In this document: one piece after another, positions 1-15,658 of the stretch
How the letters are laid out: every line of letters begins with the position of its first letter
Numbering within the stretch: position 1 is the stretch's first letter
From: the human T2T-CHM13v2.0 reference genome, Homo sapiens
Direction: 5' to 3' (one strand)
DNA: 64,000 bases
NCBI RefSeq assembly: GCF_009914755.1
Contig: NC_060937.1
Notes under the pieces: model-generated
The model's database searches: none
What the model was told of the DNA's origin: nothing
What the model saw: only the letters and a program-made list of their open reading frames with translations
Program-made: the position numbers and the translations under genes

Positions 1-163
1 AAGAAACTATAGACTGTGCCAGCTATTACAACCTTACTGTGAATGTGTTTATTTCTCTACTGTCTCCATAATTCTTAGCCAATATTTGAGGGAATGAAAG
101 TTTTTCCAGAGATGATAGGCTTTAATTCTCCCATGAGAAACCTGAAAGCTCTAGTTATCTCAG

Positions 164-663
164 TGTGGAAGGTGGAATAATGGCCCTCAAATATATCCAC
201 ATCCTTATCCTTGGAAACTGTGAATATGTTAGCTTACATGATAAGAGTGATTTTGCAATGTGATTAAATTAAAGATCTTGAAGTGATGAGATGATCCTGG
301 ATTATGCAGGAGGGCTCAGTCTAATCACTTGAGTCTTAAAAACTGAAGAACTTTTCTTAGCTGTGATAAAAGGAAGAGATTCGACTATGGAAGGAGGGTC
401 AAGGAGATACTAGACTGCTGGCCTTGAACATGGAGGAAGGGAGCCATGAGCCAAGGAACAGGTGGAGCCTCTAAAAGCTGGAAAAGGTGAAGAAACAGAT
501 TCTCCCCTAGAGCCTCCAGAATGGCTGCAGCTATGTCAACACCTTGATTCTACCCCAGTAAGACCTGCATTGGAATTCTGGAACTGTGAAGTAATACATT
601 TGTGTTATTTTAAGCCAATAAATTTATGGTAAATTGTTAGAGTAGCAATAGAAAACTAAGTCA
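164..663 (+). mobile_element. MLT1-family (ERVL-MaLR) solo LTR
   Basis: Start tgtgg..aataatggccc..atatccacatcc, motif gattctcccctagagcctccaga, end gcaatagaaaactaa. Confidence 0.85.
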
Positions 664-2484
664 CAGCAGGGCAAGAAAGTGAGAACTTTAGGTAAGGAGG
701 GAGGAAAGAAATTCAAGGCAGACCAGTGGGAAGGTGAGAGGAGACAACCTCCGTCCCTCGTCCAGAGACTGTACAGTAAAACACCATGCTGCTGCTATGG
801 ACAAAATTAGAAGCCGGGTATTAAAATATAATAAGTCATGGTCACATGCTTGCTTACTTTGAAAAAACTTGATATTGCATTCCAGGGCATTTCTTCGCTA
901 AAGATCTCTCTTCTTAATGTATATCACTATTTCTGTTTTATTACTTTCCTAGAACTTCTCATGAGGTATCACCATTTTAATTCTCTTCTGGATTATTTTT
1001 AATACGTTCTTTTATATTAGAATATAAGCTCCCTTATTCTGCATTAGACTGTAAGGTCCAAGACTCAAAGGACTATGTGTGTCCCTTCATCACTGTATTT
1101 CTAATACAGCAGAAGGAATGGGGCAGAAGACTGACTTCACATCTGTCTTCTGAGCCTGCTGTCTGGACACTCCAGGCGGCTACTGTCCTCTTAGCCCACG
1201 CAGACTACCATGGTAGTCTAAGGAAGATGGGTGTGGACAAAAAAGGAAGTTTGTCCTTAAGTAGTTCATGATCAAGAAATTGATTTAGTTACGGCAGCTA
1301 AATCATTTATTAAAGTTCATTTTGTTTTATTCTTTGGGCTAACCTTAGTTTTCAGATATGTGTACCACCAAGTGTTAACTTTTAATATGACTGTGGAACA
1401 ATTTTGAGAATCAAAAAACCAAAGTAGTCACCATACAAGGGTAAGACTATATCTGGTTTTATTCAGTGAATCAACTTGATATACAAAGTTCTTGAAAATT
1501 TTAAGGAAATTGATCCTAAGGGGAACACGAAGGCCAGTAGATTGGACTAGCCAAAGGTCATACATAAAAAGACTGGGTGGAGTTGGAAAACAATCTAGGA
1601 CTCATGATTTTTAGTTTAGAAGTTTTTTTTTTTTTTTGCCTTGATTTCCTTAAGCATCTTCTTTCCCAGCAGGCCCATTTGAAAGTGGGCGTGACCCAGA
1701 TAAATCCTATTTTTTCCAACCCTCTCCATCGACTCCTCCAAAAAATATGTCTATATTCATGAAATCAGGTGAAAATATTTGTGCGCCTCAGTTCTTATAA
1801 TCACCACTTAGTCAAGTGGAGAGGTGGGAAGAGGTCCTTCCTCATTTGCTGCCCATCCCAGCAACCTGGAGCACGTGCCAGAAGGCACCGCCCAGTGTTG
1901 CCCAAGAGGCCCATGTTTAGTCCTTTAAAAGATGCCCAAGAGTCAGATCCACCCACAGGAACTAGGTTTATTGCCCTTTCCTTCTTCATCTCTTCTCTCC
2001 ATTTCCTCCCTGTCTTCTTACTGAAATCTCATGATAGCCCTTAGACTGTGGTTGTGGTCTCACCCCTAATTCAGCTCTTGGCCTTGCTCTGTTCTAATAT
2101 CCAGAAACTGATTCTGGCCTTCCTGCATTACTTCCCCTCTTGCATCCTAGACAAGGCTTGATATTCATCTCTGGCTTCCCAGCCAAGGACGAGTTTGCTC
2201 CAAGTTTTAGTCTTATTAACTCAGCATGTGACAGGCTCTGTGTGCTAGGGACATCTCTCTGTTTTCTTATTTTTCTTTGTTTTTTCACCTCCAGTGATAA
2301 TTAATGGATGGGGTACTCATAATAGAATTCTCCTCTTTTTTTTTTTTTCCTTTTAAAAATGTTTTCTTCTTAGAAACCGGAAATAGAATGGAGGTGACTG
2401 AGGGCTGCAGGGAGGGTGAAAAAGGGAGTTGTTGTTTAATGAGTATGGAGTCCAGATTTGTAAGATCTGGAGAACTACAGAACT

Positions 2485-3331
<847 letters not shown>

Positions 3332-4414
3332 TATATTCACAACAATGTGAATATACTTAACACTACTGAACTGTACAGTTAGAAATAGTTGAATTTTATG
3401 TTGTGTGTATTTTTATCACAATTTTCTTTAAAAAGACATTTGTAAAGATGTTTTCTTCTGGAGCTCTGCTCTTTATGCTTTTGAGTGTTGAATTGGGCAC
3501 CAAATTTAATTAAATGCACCTGGATTATTTCAGAAATAAAACCTACAAAATAGACCTATCTTTGGTATTTCTGAAATCATTATTTCTCACTTTACAAACT
3601 TGATCCCAAAAATATGGAAGTATACATTCCATGAATAATAGTTAAGCATCAACTAAACACTGCTAAACCCTGGCAGAAATTCAAAGATAAATTGCACACA
3701 AGCCTTACTTACAGAAGTTTATACTCTTAAAAAATAATAGCAACAATAGAGCTGCCATTTATTATGATTACTCTGTGCCAGGAACTAAACTATATGCTTT
3801 GTATACATTATTTTAAAAACTCTTTTAACAGCCAAATTAAGTAGGTAATTTTTCTCCAATTCTACAGTCTTTTAGTAGAGATGATATATACCTACTTGGA
3901 AAGCAAACACAGGACTAAGCTCTATTGAAAATGAGGCTAATGTATATTAATGTCTGTGTGCCAAGTAGAATGCTGAAAAATCTTACAGATGACATTTTAT
4001 CTCCATTTTACAGATAAGAAAATTGAGGCTCAGCCAGGTTAAGAGAATTGCCAAAGGCCACTTAGCTAATAAGACACAGAGATGGAATATGAAACTGGCG
4101 TCTGGCTGATCCTCAAGGCTGCATGAATCTTTCTGCCCCACCATGCAGCCTTCCTGTACAGCGATAATACAAGTTAGAAAATGGTTAAGTGTGTTAGGAA
4201 TTCTATATGAAATAAGGAGGAGATAAGAGAAGAAGCGATTTACCTCTAGCTGGAGTTGGTGAAGAAAGAAAAGTAATCTAAAAAAAGAAAAAATATAAGC
4301 AAAGAAGCAGAATGAGGAATGTAGAGTTTGTGTGTGGTAAACAAGCAGTCGAGCTGGTTGGAATCTTCCAGGCAAGAAGCAGAGCAATAGGAGATCAGAC
4401 TGAAAAGCCACACA

Positions 4415-4750
<336 letters not shown>

Positions 4751-4871
4751 CTAAGGGGTCTGGACTTCAATACCTACATGGTGGAGAACCATTAAGATTT
4801 TGCATGCAGAGAAATTACAAGACTGACTAAACCCTGTGCTTTAGGTATATTCATCTACCAAAAGTGTCTAA

Positions 4872-4948
4872 AATGAACTGGGGAGGGTTTAAGAGAATGT
4901 GGAAAAAAAATAATGAACTGGAGAGGGGTTAAGAGAATGTGGAAAAAA
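4872..4948. repeat. Two-copy ~40-bp tandem duplication
   Basis: aatgaactgg.gaggg.ttaagagaatgtggaaaaaa twice in tandem. Confidence 0.85.
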
Positions 4949-5478
4949 GAATAGCTAAACTCATTCTCTCTCCTTAATTTTATCTTGTTTTAGGTTAACA
5001 TTGGCCTTACATTGAAAACATGTCCTCAACAAAATCGAGGATTGAATAGCTCATTTGCCTGAAGCCATTTGTTTTTACATAAATAAATATAATTTTTTTA
5101 AACCTTTCCTCCCAAAAGTCTGTAGGTTTAAAACACAATTTGAAATTCCTTTTCCAGAGAGCAATCCAATTTGGCTTTTGTTGTTTCTAGTCACATATTA
5201 TATGATTTTATTTTTTATTGAAAGCCTTTAGAATGGCTCACAGATGTTGCAGCTAAAATAGATCCTCCTGGAACTATTTGGTTTGAGAAAATCTCTGTTG
5301 CCATGGATTAAATTAACAGGAGATCTCTTGTTTAAAATTTAAGGATATTTTCATATGTAGGAAATAATATTCCCTTAAATTTATATAAGGCAGTCATGGG
5401 GGCAAGTTACATTTGGAAGGCTAATCAGGAGTCTACATCATTGCACTTAAAGTTGAGCTATGTCTGTGTTCATATTAG

Positions 5479-5823
<345 letters not shown>

Positions 5824-6629
5824 TAAGAAATTTGTGTTCCTACTTGGTCAATTATACTGGAGAAATACAGTTATTAAAAACATCTATGGCTTAAATTATA
5901 CATGTGGATATGCTGAAACTTAACAGACAATTCACCATTAGAAATAACTGAACAAAATGTTATCAATTTTAAATATCAGTTAAACATCAGCCAAGCCCTG
6001 CCCAAACTGACTTTGGAAGTAGGCAACACCCAAAATGAACTCCTTGGTCTTCCCTTTCTCTCTTCCCCTTAGTGAGCTTGCAACTAAGCTCGAGTCTTCA
6101 TTGTCACCCACCTATGAGGGACTTACACATCTACCTCTCCAATTCTGGTGCATTCTTAAGACCTAAATCGACAATATTCTATTATGAATCTTCCCATGAG
6201 GCACTTGACACTCAAGATATCCAAACCAAATTTACTATTTTATCCACAACACTGTTGCTCCATATCTTGTGCCCAAAGCAGGATCTCCACATCAACAGTT
6301 TCTGGATTGTATTCCAGAACGCTATACCCCAAAAGATTAAATTATAAAAGAGATTTATGGTCAAATAAGTCTGGGAAATTCTACATATTATATAACACTT
6401 GTTTGGAGGTTTTCAATGAAAATTAAACTTCTAAAAGCTCTTAGATCTCCAGCAGTAGAAAGCATGTTTATTTTGTTTATCCCAGTATTTTATTTGATGT
6501 TTATCCCCTTTCTTGCATCACATCCATTAACATTCTGAAAAACTAGTGTTTGCAAAAGATACTTTTAGACAGCCACTGTAGATCATTTTCACTCCTTCTA
6601 TCCCCTAGCCACTACTAAAATTCATCTCC

Positions 6630-6880
6630 TTGTGTAATTGGACATAAGAGCATGTCTCGAGTCAGGCTGCCCGAATTCATTTCCTAACTTCACCACTTAC
6701 TATTCATGAGATGTGAGCAAGTTACACAATCTCTCCACTCAGTTTTTAGATCTTTGAAATGGTTCCTTCTTCTTAAAGCATAGTAAGGATTACATGAAAT
6801 AATCCATGGAATGCACTTAAAACAGTGCCTGAAACATAGCACCCACTTAATAAATGTCCACTGTTATTACTATTATTGTT
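6630..6880 (+). mobile_element. MIR
   Basis: caccacttacta...gcaagttac..aatctctc..ctcagttt..., cacttaaaacagtgcctg..acatag. Confidence 0.7.
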
Positions 6881-7079
6881 ACCTCTAAAATGTCTCTCAA
6901 ACATTTGCTATTTCCTAATGCCTTTGACACTTCCATAGTTTAGGTACTTATCACTTCTTTCCTGGACCATAAATAATAGAAATTTACACTTAGCTTTGTT
7001 CTTTATAAATTTATCAAATGTTTTCTTGTATATTATCCAATTAACCTGATAAGTATTTAATTTATTCTAATCACAGACT

Positions 7080-7680
7080 CTCTACTTTGCAATTCATTCA
7101 CCACACTGCCATTTAATGCTTTTAAAACACAAATCTAATGATGCCATTCCTATGCTCAAAAACCCTTAATGATCCTCCATTATGTATGCAATAAAGGAAA
7201 GTAACAACTCCACCTCATGGTAGATACACCCCTGACTTCACACTTCACCACATAGTTTTATAATCTGGCCACACTGCACCAGTCTTCAAGTTTAGAATAA
7301 ACAATGAACTTTCAGATCACCTGCCTTGACTGTTTTGTTTTGCCTTGAATACACTTCTTTCCTTCTTCTACTTGTTAGAAATCCTATTTGTTCTTTAAGT
7401 TTTGCTTAAAATTTCATCTACTCTATGATATGTTTCTCAATTCTATATTGCTCATTCTTTTCTTGATTCTACTGTATATGTATATATACTGCATATATAT
7501 ATAGTCATATATTTATGCTACATCTCACAGAACTAATTATCCAGAGACTCTTATCTATGTTAAAATGTGAGCTCAATGAGAGGAAATGTCTTATTTGTTC
7601 TTTTATACTTTACAAACCAAACATAATATCCTTACAAATATTAGGTGCCCATATAAACATTTATTGACTAAATTTTCCTA
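7080..7680 (+). mobile_element. L2 3' fragments
   Basis: tttaaaacacaaatctaatgatg, gctcaaaaaccctta, aatgtgagctc..gag, taggtgccc..ataaacatttattga. Confidence 0.6.
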
Positions 7681-7829
7681 TGTAGAAGGCTTCTTACCAT
7701 TCATTGGTGTATATCACATCTTAAGCAAATATTACACCTAAAGGAGTCACGTGGTTGATAATTCTCCTGCCAAAAGTTTCCACTCTTTACAAAAGAAATA
7801 AAAATGGGATGCCTTTAACAGGGATGTGA

Positions 7830-9853
7830 AGTCTTTGCTGCCGCGCCGGCAAGCGCCGCCCGGGAGGCAGCGGCTGGAGGAGCGGACGGGCCCCGCGGGG
7901 CCCGAGGGCAAGGAGCAGCCGCCTGCCTTGGCCTCCCAAAGTGCCGAGATTGCAGCCTCTGCCCGGCCGCCACCCCGTCTGGGAAGTGAGGAGTGTCTCT
8001 GCCTGGCCGCCCATCGTCTGGGATGTGAGGAGCCCCTCTGCCTGGCTGCCCAGTCTGGAAAGTGAGGAGCGTCTCCGCCCGGCCGCCATCCCATCTAGGA
8101 AGTGAGGAGCGCCTCTTCCCAGCCGCCATCACATCTAGGAAGTGAGGAGCGTCTCTGCCCGGCCGCCCATCATCTGAGATGTGGGGAGCGCCTCTGCCCC
8201 GCCGCCCCATCTGGGATGTGAGGAGCGCCTCTGCCCGGCCGAGACCCCGTCTGGGAGGTGAGGAGCATCTCTGCCCGGCCGCCCCGTCTGAGAAGTGAGG
8301 AGACCCTCTGCCTGGCAACCACCCCGTCTGAGAAGTGAGGAGCCCCTCCGCCCGGCAGCTGCCCCGTCTGAGAAGTGAGGAGCCTCTCCACCCGGCAGCC
8401 ACCCCATCTGGGAAGTGAGGAGCGTCTCCGCCCGGCAGCCACCCCGTCCGGGAGGGAGGTGGGGGGGGTCAGCCCCCCGCCCGGCCAGCCGCCCCATCCG
8501 GGAGGGAGGTGGGGGGGTCAGCCCCCGGCCTGGCCAGCCGTGCCGTCCGGGAGGGAGGTGGGGGGGTCAGCCCCCCACCTGGCCAGCCGTGCCGTCCGGG
8601 AGGGAGGTGGGGGGGTCAGCCCCCCGCCCGGCCAGCCGCCCCGTCCGGGAGGTGAGGGGCACCTCTGCCCGGCCGCCCCTACTGGGAAGTGAGGAGCCCC
8701 TCAGCCCGGCCAGCCACCCCGTCCGGGAGGGAGATGGGGGGGTCAGCCCCCCCACCCGGCCAGCCGCCCCGTCCGGGAGGGAGGTGGGGGGGTCAGCCCC
8801 CCGCCTGGCCAGCCGCCCCGTCTGGGAGGTGAGGGGCCCCTCTGCCCAGCCGCCCCTACTGGGAAGTGAGGAGCCCCTCTGCCCGGCCAGCCGCCCCATC
8901 CGGGAGGGAGGTGGGGGTGTCAGCCCCCCGCCCGGCCAGTCGCCCTGTCCGGGAGGGAGGTGGGGGGGGTCAGCCCCCCTGCCCGGCCAGCCGCCCCGTC
9001 CGGGAGGGAGGTGGGGGTGTCAGCCCCCCGCCCGGCCAGCCGCCCTGTCCGGGAGGGAGGTGGGGGGGGTCAGCCCCCCTGCCCGGCCAGCCGCCCCGTC
9101 CGGGAGGTGAGGGGTGCCTCTGCCCGGCCGCCCCTACTGGGAAGTGAGGAGCCCCTCTGCCCGGCCAGCCGCCCCGTCCGGGAGGGAGGTTGGGGGGTCA
9201 GCCCCCCGCCCGGCCAGCCGCCCCATCCGGGAGGTGAGGGGCGCCTCTGCCCGGCCGCCCCTACTGGGAAGTGAGGAGCCCCTCTGCCCGGCCACCACCC
9301 CGTCTGGGAGGTGTGCCCAACAGCTCATTGAGAACGGGCCAGGATGACAATGGCTGCTTTGTGGAATAGAAAGGCGGGAAAGGTGGGGAAAAGATTGAGA
9401 AATCGGATGGTTGCCGTGTCTGTGTAGAAAGAAGTAGACATGGGAGACTTTTCATTTTGTTCTGCACTAAGAAAAATTCCTCTGCCTTGGGATCCTGTTG
9501 ATCTGTGACCTTACCCCCAACCCTGTGCTCTCTGAAACATGTGCTGTGTCCACTCAGGGTTAAATGGATTAAGGGCGGTGCAAGATGTGCTTTGTTAAAC
9601 AGATGCTTGAAGGCAGCATGCTCGTTAAGAGTCATCACCAATCCCTAATCTCAAGTAATCAGGGACACAAACACTGCGGAAGGCGGCAGGGTCCTCTGCC
9701 TAGGAAAACCAGAGACCTTTGTTCACTTGTTTATCTGCTGACCTTCCCTCCACTATTGTCCCATGACCCTGCCAAATCCCCCTCTCTGAGAAACACCCAA
9801 GATTTATCAATAAAAAAATAAATTTAAAACAAAAAAACAAAAAAACAAAAAAA
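7830..9853 (+). mobile_element. SVA_F1 retrotransposon (MAST2 exon-1-derived 5' end, truncated Alu-like region, VNTR, SINE-R, poly-A)
   Basis: No CCCTCT hexamers. 7830-7918 translates SLLPRRQAPPGRQRLEERTGPAGPEGKEQ, which I recall as the MAST2 N-terminus, joined at ...GAGCAG|CCGCCTGCCTTGGCCTCCCAAAG. VNTR about 7960-9310, SINE-R about 9310-9815, AATAAA at 9809. TSD aacagggatgtga at 7817-7829 and 9852-9864. Confidence 0.95.
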
Positions 9854-12239
9854 CAGGGATGTGAGCCAATATCTTTAAGTAAAAACAGTCACATGGAACT
9901 TTTGCAAAACACGCCTACAACACACACCTGTGTCCACCAACCTACCCAGGATTCTGACTTCCTGAGATATTACCATGTTTTCCTTGGGATTATCTTGGAA
10001 TAAATATAAAGGCCAATTAATATACTGGTGCTATAAGCATATTATATCTTCATTTTTCCGATGAAGGCTACCTGGTTGGCTCTTGGAGAGGTGATCTAAT
10101 CTATAGTCTCACTCCCTAATCTAAGTTCACTTTCAGGTCAGATGTCCCCAGTTTGTTTCTGATTCAATGATCTCATCTCCTTCAAGGGAGCTACTCATCC
10201 TTCAAAGGACTGCTATTAAAAAATCACGCTGGCGACTTACCTTACCTACTCCAGAGGAAATTTTCCAGCTCTGAAGTACAGTATTCCCTCTGTGTATTAT
10301 TCTCCACAATTTCTTCCCTGGCTCTTGATTGGTCTTGGAAATACTGGCTAGTAGTAGCAGGAATAACTCTTTCCTAAACCTTCCATTTTCCTACAAGTGC
10401 ATTTAATTAATCTGTTTCCCAAAGAAGTTTAAATGCTTATGCTTGAAAGCATATTTTCAATGTTTTTCTTACTTTATGACTGCCACGGGACTTACGTATC
10501 AGATTTAATTAGGAGACATCTATGGGGCATAAAAAGCTCAGGGCCAGTGTTGTCCATCACACTGTCTTTGTTTATCCTAACCTTTACCAAGTCACATTTA
10601 TTATGCACAATCTAATGCACTGGACTTCTTAGCCATTACTGCTTCCCATGACTTGGATAGTTGGATTCCATCTTGTCAGTTAATAATAAACTATTATCTA
10701 TCCCTATTATACCTCTGCCAAGAGCTTTTCTCCAGAAATTACTTTATAGTTATTATCTAATCTTTATAAAACCATGGAGGAAGTTTTCCCATCTAACAGA
10801 CGGTAAATGATTAAGGAGCAGACAGTTACAGAGCAAGGTGACATGGCAATTAAGTGATGGAATAATACTGAGTGTTCCCAATGTTAATTTTCCATGGTTT
10901 AATCTGCAAACCTCATAATATTATCTGAGTTTAAGTTTGTGTAGAATGGCCTCACTTTCCATACAAATCATTAACTGGGATTAAAAAAAATGAAAAGATG
11001 CATAGAAATGTATGGAAGAGAGTTAAAAAGTAGTCTAGTCTTTAGAGGGCTATGTGCTGATTTCATTATTGTTGTTCACCAAGTCTGGCTGGGATTCACA
11101 TATTTATTGAAACAATCACTTGATTACAAAAGCAGTTACAACCACAGGAATAATTACGTACATAAAGTTATTATGACATTATTTAGAAATTTTGTATATT
11201 ACCAAAATAATTTTGAAGGACCTATTTTACCTTTTGTAAGTTAAGAAATGTTTTAACAATATTTTCCTACAATGTTTGTATTCATTTCAGTAGTATACTC
11301 TATCTTTTATTAATAATTTGTTATTGAGTAGCAATTAGATGGAAGAAGTGAGAAAAATGCTTGATCTCAGGATATTTTCACATTTCTGATGGCTAGTAAT
11401 CATATTAATACTTTTTGCATAAGTAATAAGTGCATAGATAGTAAGCACTCAAATTCTTTACGTTTTAAATAATTTTTTTCAGATTCAACATGTTGTTTTT
11501 TTCTAAAAGCTTAAAGAGCCTAAAATTACCTTGTATCTTAGAGTTTATAATAATTTATCCCTTCACATTCTACAAGTATTTTTAAACTTTGAATACTTCA
11601 TTAGGTATTGGAGCATATGCCCACCAGAATGTAAGTCCTACAATAGAATGTAGCCCCTATGAACAAAGGGATTCGGTCATTGGTGATGGATACCCAGTAT
11701 CTAAAAATGTGCCTAGATGATAGTAGGTGCTCAACAAATATTTGCTCTCTGGAGGGAGACAGGGTTATAAAGATGAATATAATTATTTCTCTAGCTTCTA
11801 GGGTGCCTGAGGACTTTGGAGATGGATCTACTGTTGCTGTTCAAGAGCAAACCAAATTTCAAAATAAATATTTCAGTTCTTTCAAACCAACAAAATTTTG
11901 GTGTATGCAGTCATCTGATAATCATGCATATGATTTTATTATGTAAACATACATGATGAAGATAGGAAAAGGTTCTGTCTTCTCAGATGCATTTTCACCC
12001 CCTGTCAGTCTTGCGGCTCTGGAGCTTTCCACTCAGCGTGGCAAACAGCCACAGTACAATAAGGTCATTCATTGCTCATCTCTGACTGTCGAAATATATT
12101 TTTTTTTTAAGAAAACTCACTGTGAGGAAAATAGATTTGAAAGTCAGTCATTGCCAAGAAAGATAAACTTTTCTAAACTTTCTCAGTTCCTGCATATCAT
12201 AACAACGGCTAGCCTGGCTGACCTGACTACAGAGTGTGC

Positions 12240-13100
12240 TGTGACCTCTGCTCACCAAGAACCCTGTTGTCTTCTTTTTTCTGGATCCACAGTGAAGCTC
12301 CATTCTCAGCCTCCCTTGAGGTCATGTGTGACCCTGTAGCCGAGTTCTAGTCAATGGACTGTAAGTTGAAGTGCTATGTGCCCCTTTCAGGCCATGTTCA
12401 AAAATATGCCGCATATGTTCCCTCCTTCTTCCACATGTCTGGATGTCTGGGATGAAGGAAACCCCTGGGATGACCTTAGAAGTTACAGGTTGAGTCCCTG
12501 AATGACTACCTGGAGCTTAATAAAAAATATGGCAGCTTATTTTCCAAGACGACTGCCATCAGTTCCTTTCTTACCTATGGGAACATGCCATTCCCCATCA
12601 GAATATGGAGTCTACTCCTCCCCTCCCTTTAAATTTAAGCTGACCTCATTGACCTGACTGTTCAATAAATAAAGTACCATCGTGATGCTACCTTAAAACT
12701 CCCATCTAGGCTTCCTGGAACCTAGGCACTCTACTGTTCGGAAGTCTAAGGAGCCCTGTTAAGAGGCTCCCGAAAACCAGTATCAACTTGCTCACCCCCA
12801 TGGGTAAATTGTCCTGGAAGGACATCCTCCAGTCCCAGTTGAGCTTCCTCATCTGAGATCATGCAGAGCAGAGAAGAACTGTGCAATAGAGCCTTTTCTG
12901 AATACTAAATCCACAAAATTCTGAAATATCATAAAACTAAGTATTATTTTGAGCTGCTAAGTTTGGGGTAACTTATTATGTATTGGTAGAAAACTGAAAC
13001 ACTACCTTACCTCCATCCTAAGACCACTCTGGAATGTATATGTGTTTAAGAAAGTATCTATTATTTTGAGCCTAGATATTTAGGTGTAATTGCCATTACA
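12240..13100. mobile_element. Old MLT1-family LTR fragments (probably nested)
   Basis: catgtgtgac..gagttctagtcaatgga, ctccagtcccagttgagctt, ttttgagctgctaagtttggggta..ttattatg motifs. Confidence 0.55.
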
Positions 13101-14073
13101 GAAAGAGGGAGAGGTATGCATTTCTTTTCTAGTACAAGTATTGTGAGAAGAGAAAAATGGACAGAGTGAGAAGAAACAGTGAGATGCAAACTATTCCTGC
13201 CTTTCCTCTCTGGATTGAAAGTTCAAGAAGTGATGAAAAGCATTTGAAATACACTGAGGAAAACAAGAGGGCAGGAGAGCTTCTGCCAAACTTCACATTA
13301 GGATCTGAGAGGAAATCCCCTTGTAGACTATCTATTGCAATCTTGGGGTGCAGCGTAGTATTGCCTGTAAGAAGAGGGTTTGCACACACACACCACAGCA
13401 TTGAGTCATAAGTGGAATTTATAGAGCCCTGGAGTTCTCCTCTGTCCTTGGAGTAGGGTGGCACACAGTTGGCTGAGAGTTGGGATGAAGAACTTTGGCT
13501 GGAGTGGCCCTGGTGGGGCAAAGGGTTGATAATGTCATGAGCTGGAGAGTTGACAAGGACAAATTTGGAGTGATAACCATATCCATAAAGCAAGTAAGAG
13601 GAGCCACATCTTGATAGAGTGTGGCTAGGCCCTGTCAAGCTGAGGAACCAGCCCACAAGTTACACAAGCATCAGACCCCAACAGCAGACACCAAGACTAT
13701 GCAGGGAAATGAGGCCAGGACTAGTTAGGCAACATTTGTCTCCACTCCAGACATAGCACAAAGCAATCGGGGACCCAGGCTCCCCTCCACCACCACAAGG
13801 TTGCTGGAGCCACACTTCCCTCTCTGTCCCAACACTGTCCTTAAGAGGAGCAGAAGAGAGGTCAGAAAAAAAAAGTCAATGCTTTCATCCAAATGAGATT
13901 GAGAATTTGTCTAAAGAGACTTTAAGTTATTTGATCTGAAAACACTGAATTGGGCTGTGCATTGTGGGGACTTAGGGAGGAAATCAGATCCGTTAAAGGA
14001 AAAAATAAAGAGAGCCCATTTTTCTTCCTACACATTGGAGTGTAGTTCGAGTGTATTTGTGACCCCACTGAAC

Positions 14074-14146
14074 TATTAGGTTGGTGCAAAAGGAATTGTG
14101 ATTTTTGCCATTAAGAAATCGCAATTACTTTTGCACCAACCTAATA
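14074..14146. mobile_element. MADE1 (Hsmar1-derived palindromic MITE)
   Basis: tattaggttggtgcaaaag...cttttgcaccaacctaata, with TA target sites. Confidence 0.92.
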
Positions 14147-14408
14147 TATAGTCATTTTTACTTTCTAAATAAGTAAATCAAACCATGAACATCAGAATTA
14201 TATGCATGACACAGCAGACATTAAACCTTTATTCAAGCTCAGGTCAGTGAGTTTTCTGTAGACTCTGCTGCCTCCTATCCCATATTCTATATTTATTATC
14301 ATGCTTGTGACTTATACCTCAGATGTAAACCTTGAACTTAGTTTTGAGATCTAGCTATAACTGTAATAGGGGAGGGAGATAAAGAGTAAATGGTGCTTTC
14401 AAAGGATT

Positions 14409-14410
<2 letters not shown>

Positions 14411-14447
<37 letters not shown>
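14411..14447. repeat. (CA)n microsatellite
   Basis: Uninterrupted AC run. Confidence 0.95.
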
Positions 14448-14451
<4 letters not shown>

Positions 14452-15256
14452 CACATAAATCTGAACAGCAAATATTTTCTATGTATTTACACACACAGAG
14501 GCAAACCCTGCAGAGTACATGTGTGCGGGTGCATTAGATGTATCATTAGATGTAAAGAATTTATTTTGCATACCTGTCCTGTGGAATGATGGGTACCTGG
14601 AGATTTTTGTTAGGCCTAGGGTACTTGTTGTCCCTGTGCTTTATGGAGGAATGTCTGAAGAGGATTGTGATTTGTTTGCCAAATACTCACCTGGCGTCCA
14701 CCACTTCTAGGAGGAAGTGAAGGGCTCTACACTGCTTTGCCCTTGCTGGGACACCTTTGGGGAATCTGAAAGCTCATGCTGAGCTAAAAGAGCATTTTAG
14801 CTTAAATACAGGATCTATGATTTGCCTATGAGACTAACGAATGAGTGTTAAATAGCTGTTAAAAGTGTGATATCTTGCAGTATCATGTAGATTAGTTTCC
14901 CCGTCTAACTTTATAGGACTTGTTGACATTCTGTCTAAAAATTATATGGTGCTGGTGGGCTCAACAGTGTAAGAGTGATTCTGTTTATGTGGGGCTAAAA
15001 CAAAGAGGGTTCCAGCAGTTCTTGGCTGTATATGAGAAAGTGATAACAGTAGCAACCCTCAGAAGATTTGGCTATAGGGAAGCACTATTGCCAACCATTA
15101 ATTGAAGGAGCCCACACGGAGGGGAGCAGTGATCACAGGTGCTGTAAGGGGGCACCAGTGAAGTGACTAAAGAGAATCACAGAAAGGCAACCCCTACAGA
15201 GGATTCTTCCCTACAGTTCTCTTTCAGAGTGAGTTACTCTTAATAAAAAGAAAGTT

Positions 15257-15658
<402 letters not shown>

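Noticed and set aside
8440-9310. Regular ~40-50-bp repeats superficially like a CRISPR array
   Set aside because: Tandem VNTR units without unique spacers, inside an SVA in mammalian DNA.
7747-9821. Many long overlapping Pro/Gly/Arg-rich ORFs on both strands (up to 231 aa)
   Set aside because: They are artefacts of the GC-rich SVA VNTR and SINE-R, not genes.
11960-12200. Possible enhancer-like unique sequence with an NF-kB-like ggagctttcc
   Set aside because: A single short motif is expected by chance, and there is no support without conservation or chromatin data.
13129-13656. 175-aa minus-strand ORF
   Set aside because: No recognisable motif or supporting splice sites. It lies beyond the pseudogene stop codon next to old LTR-like sequence and is probably chance.
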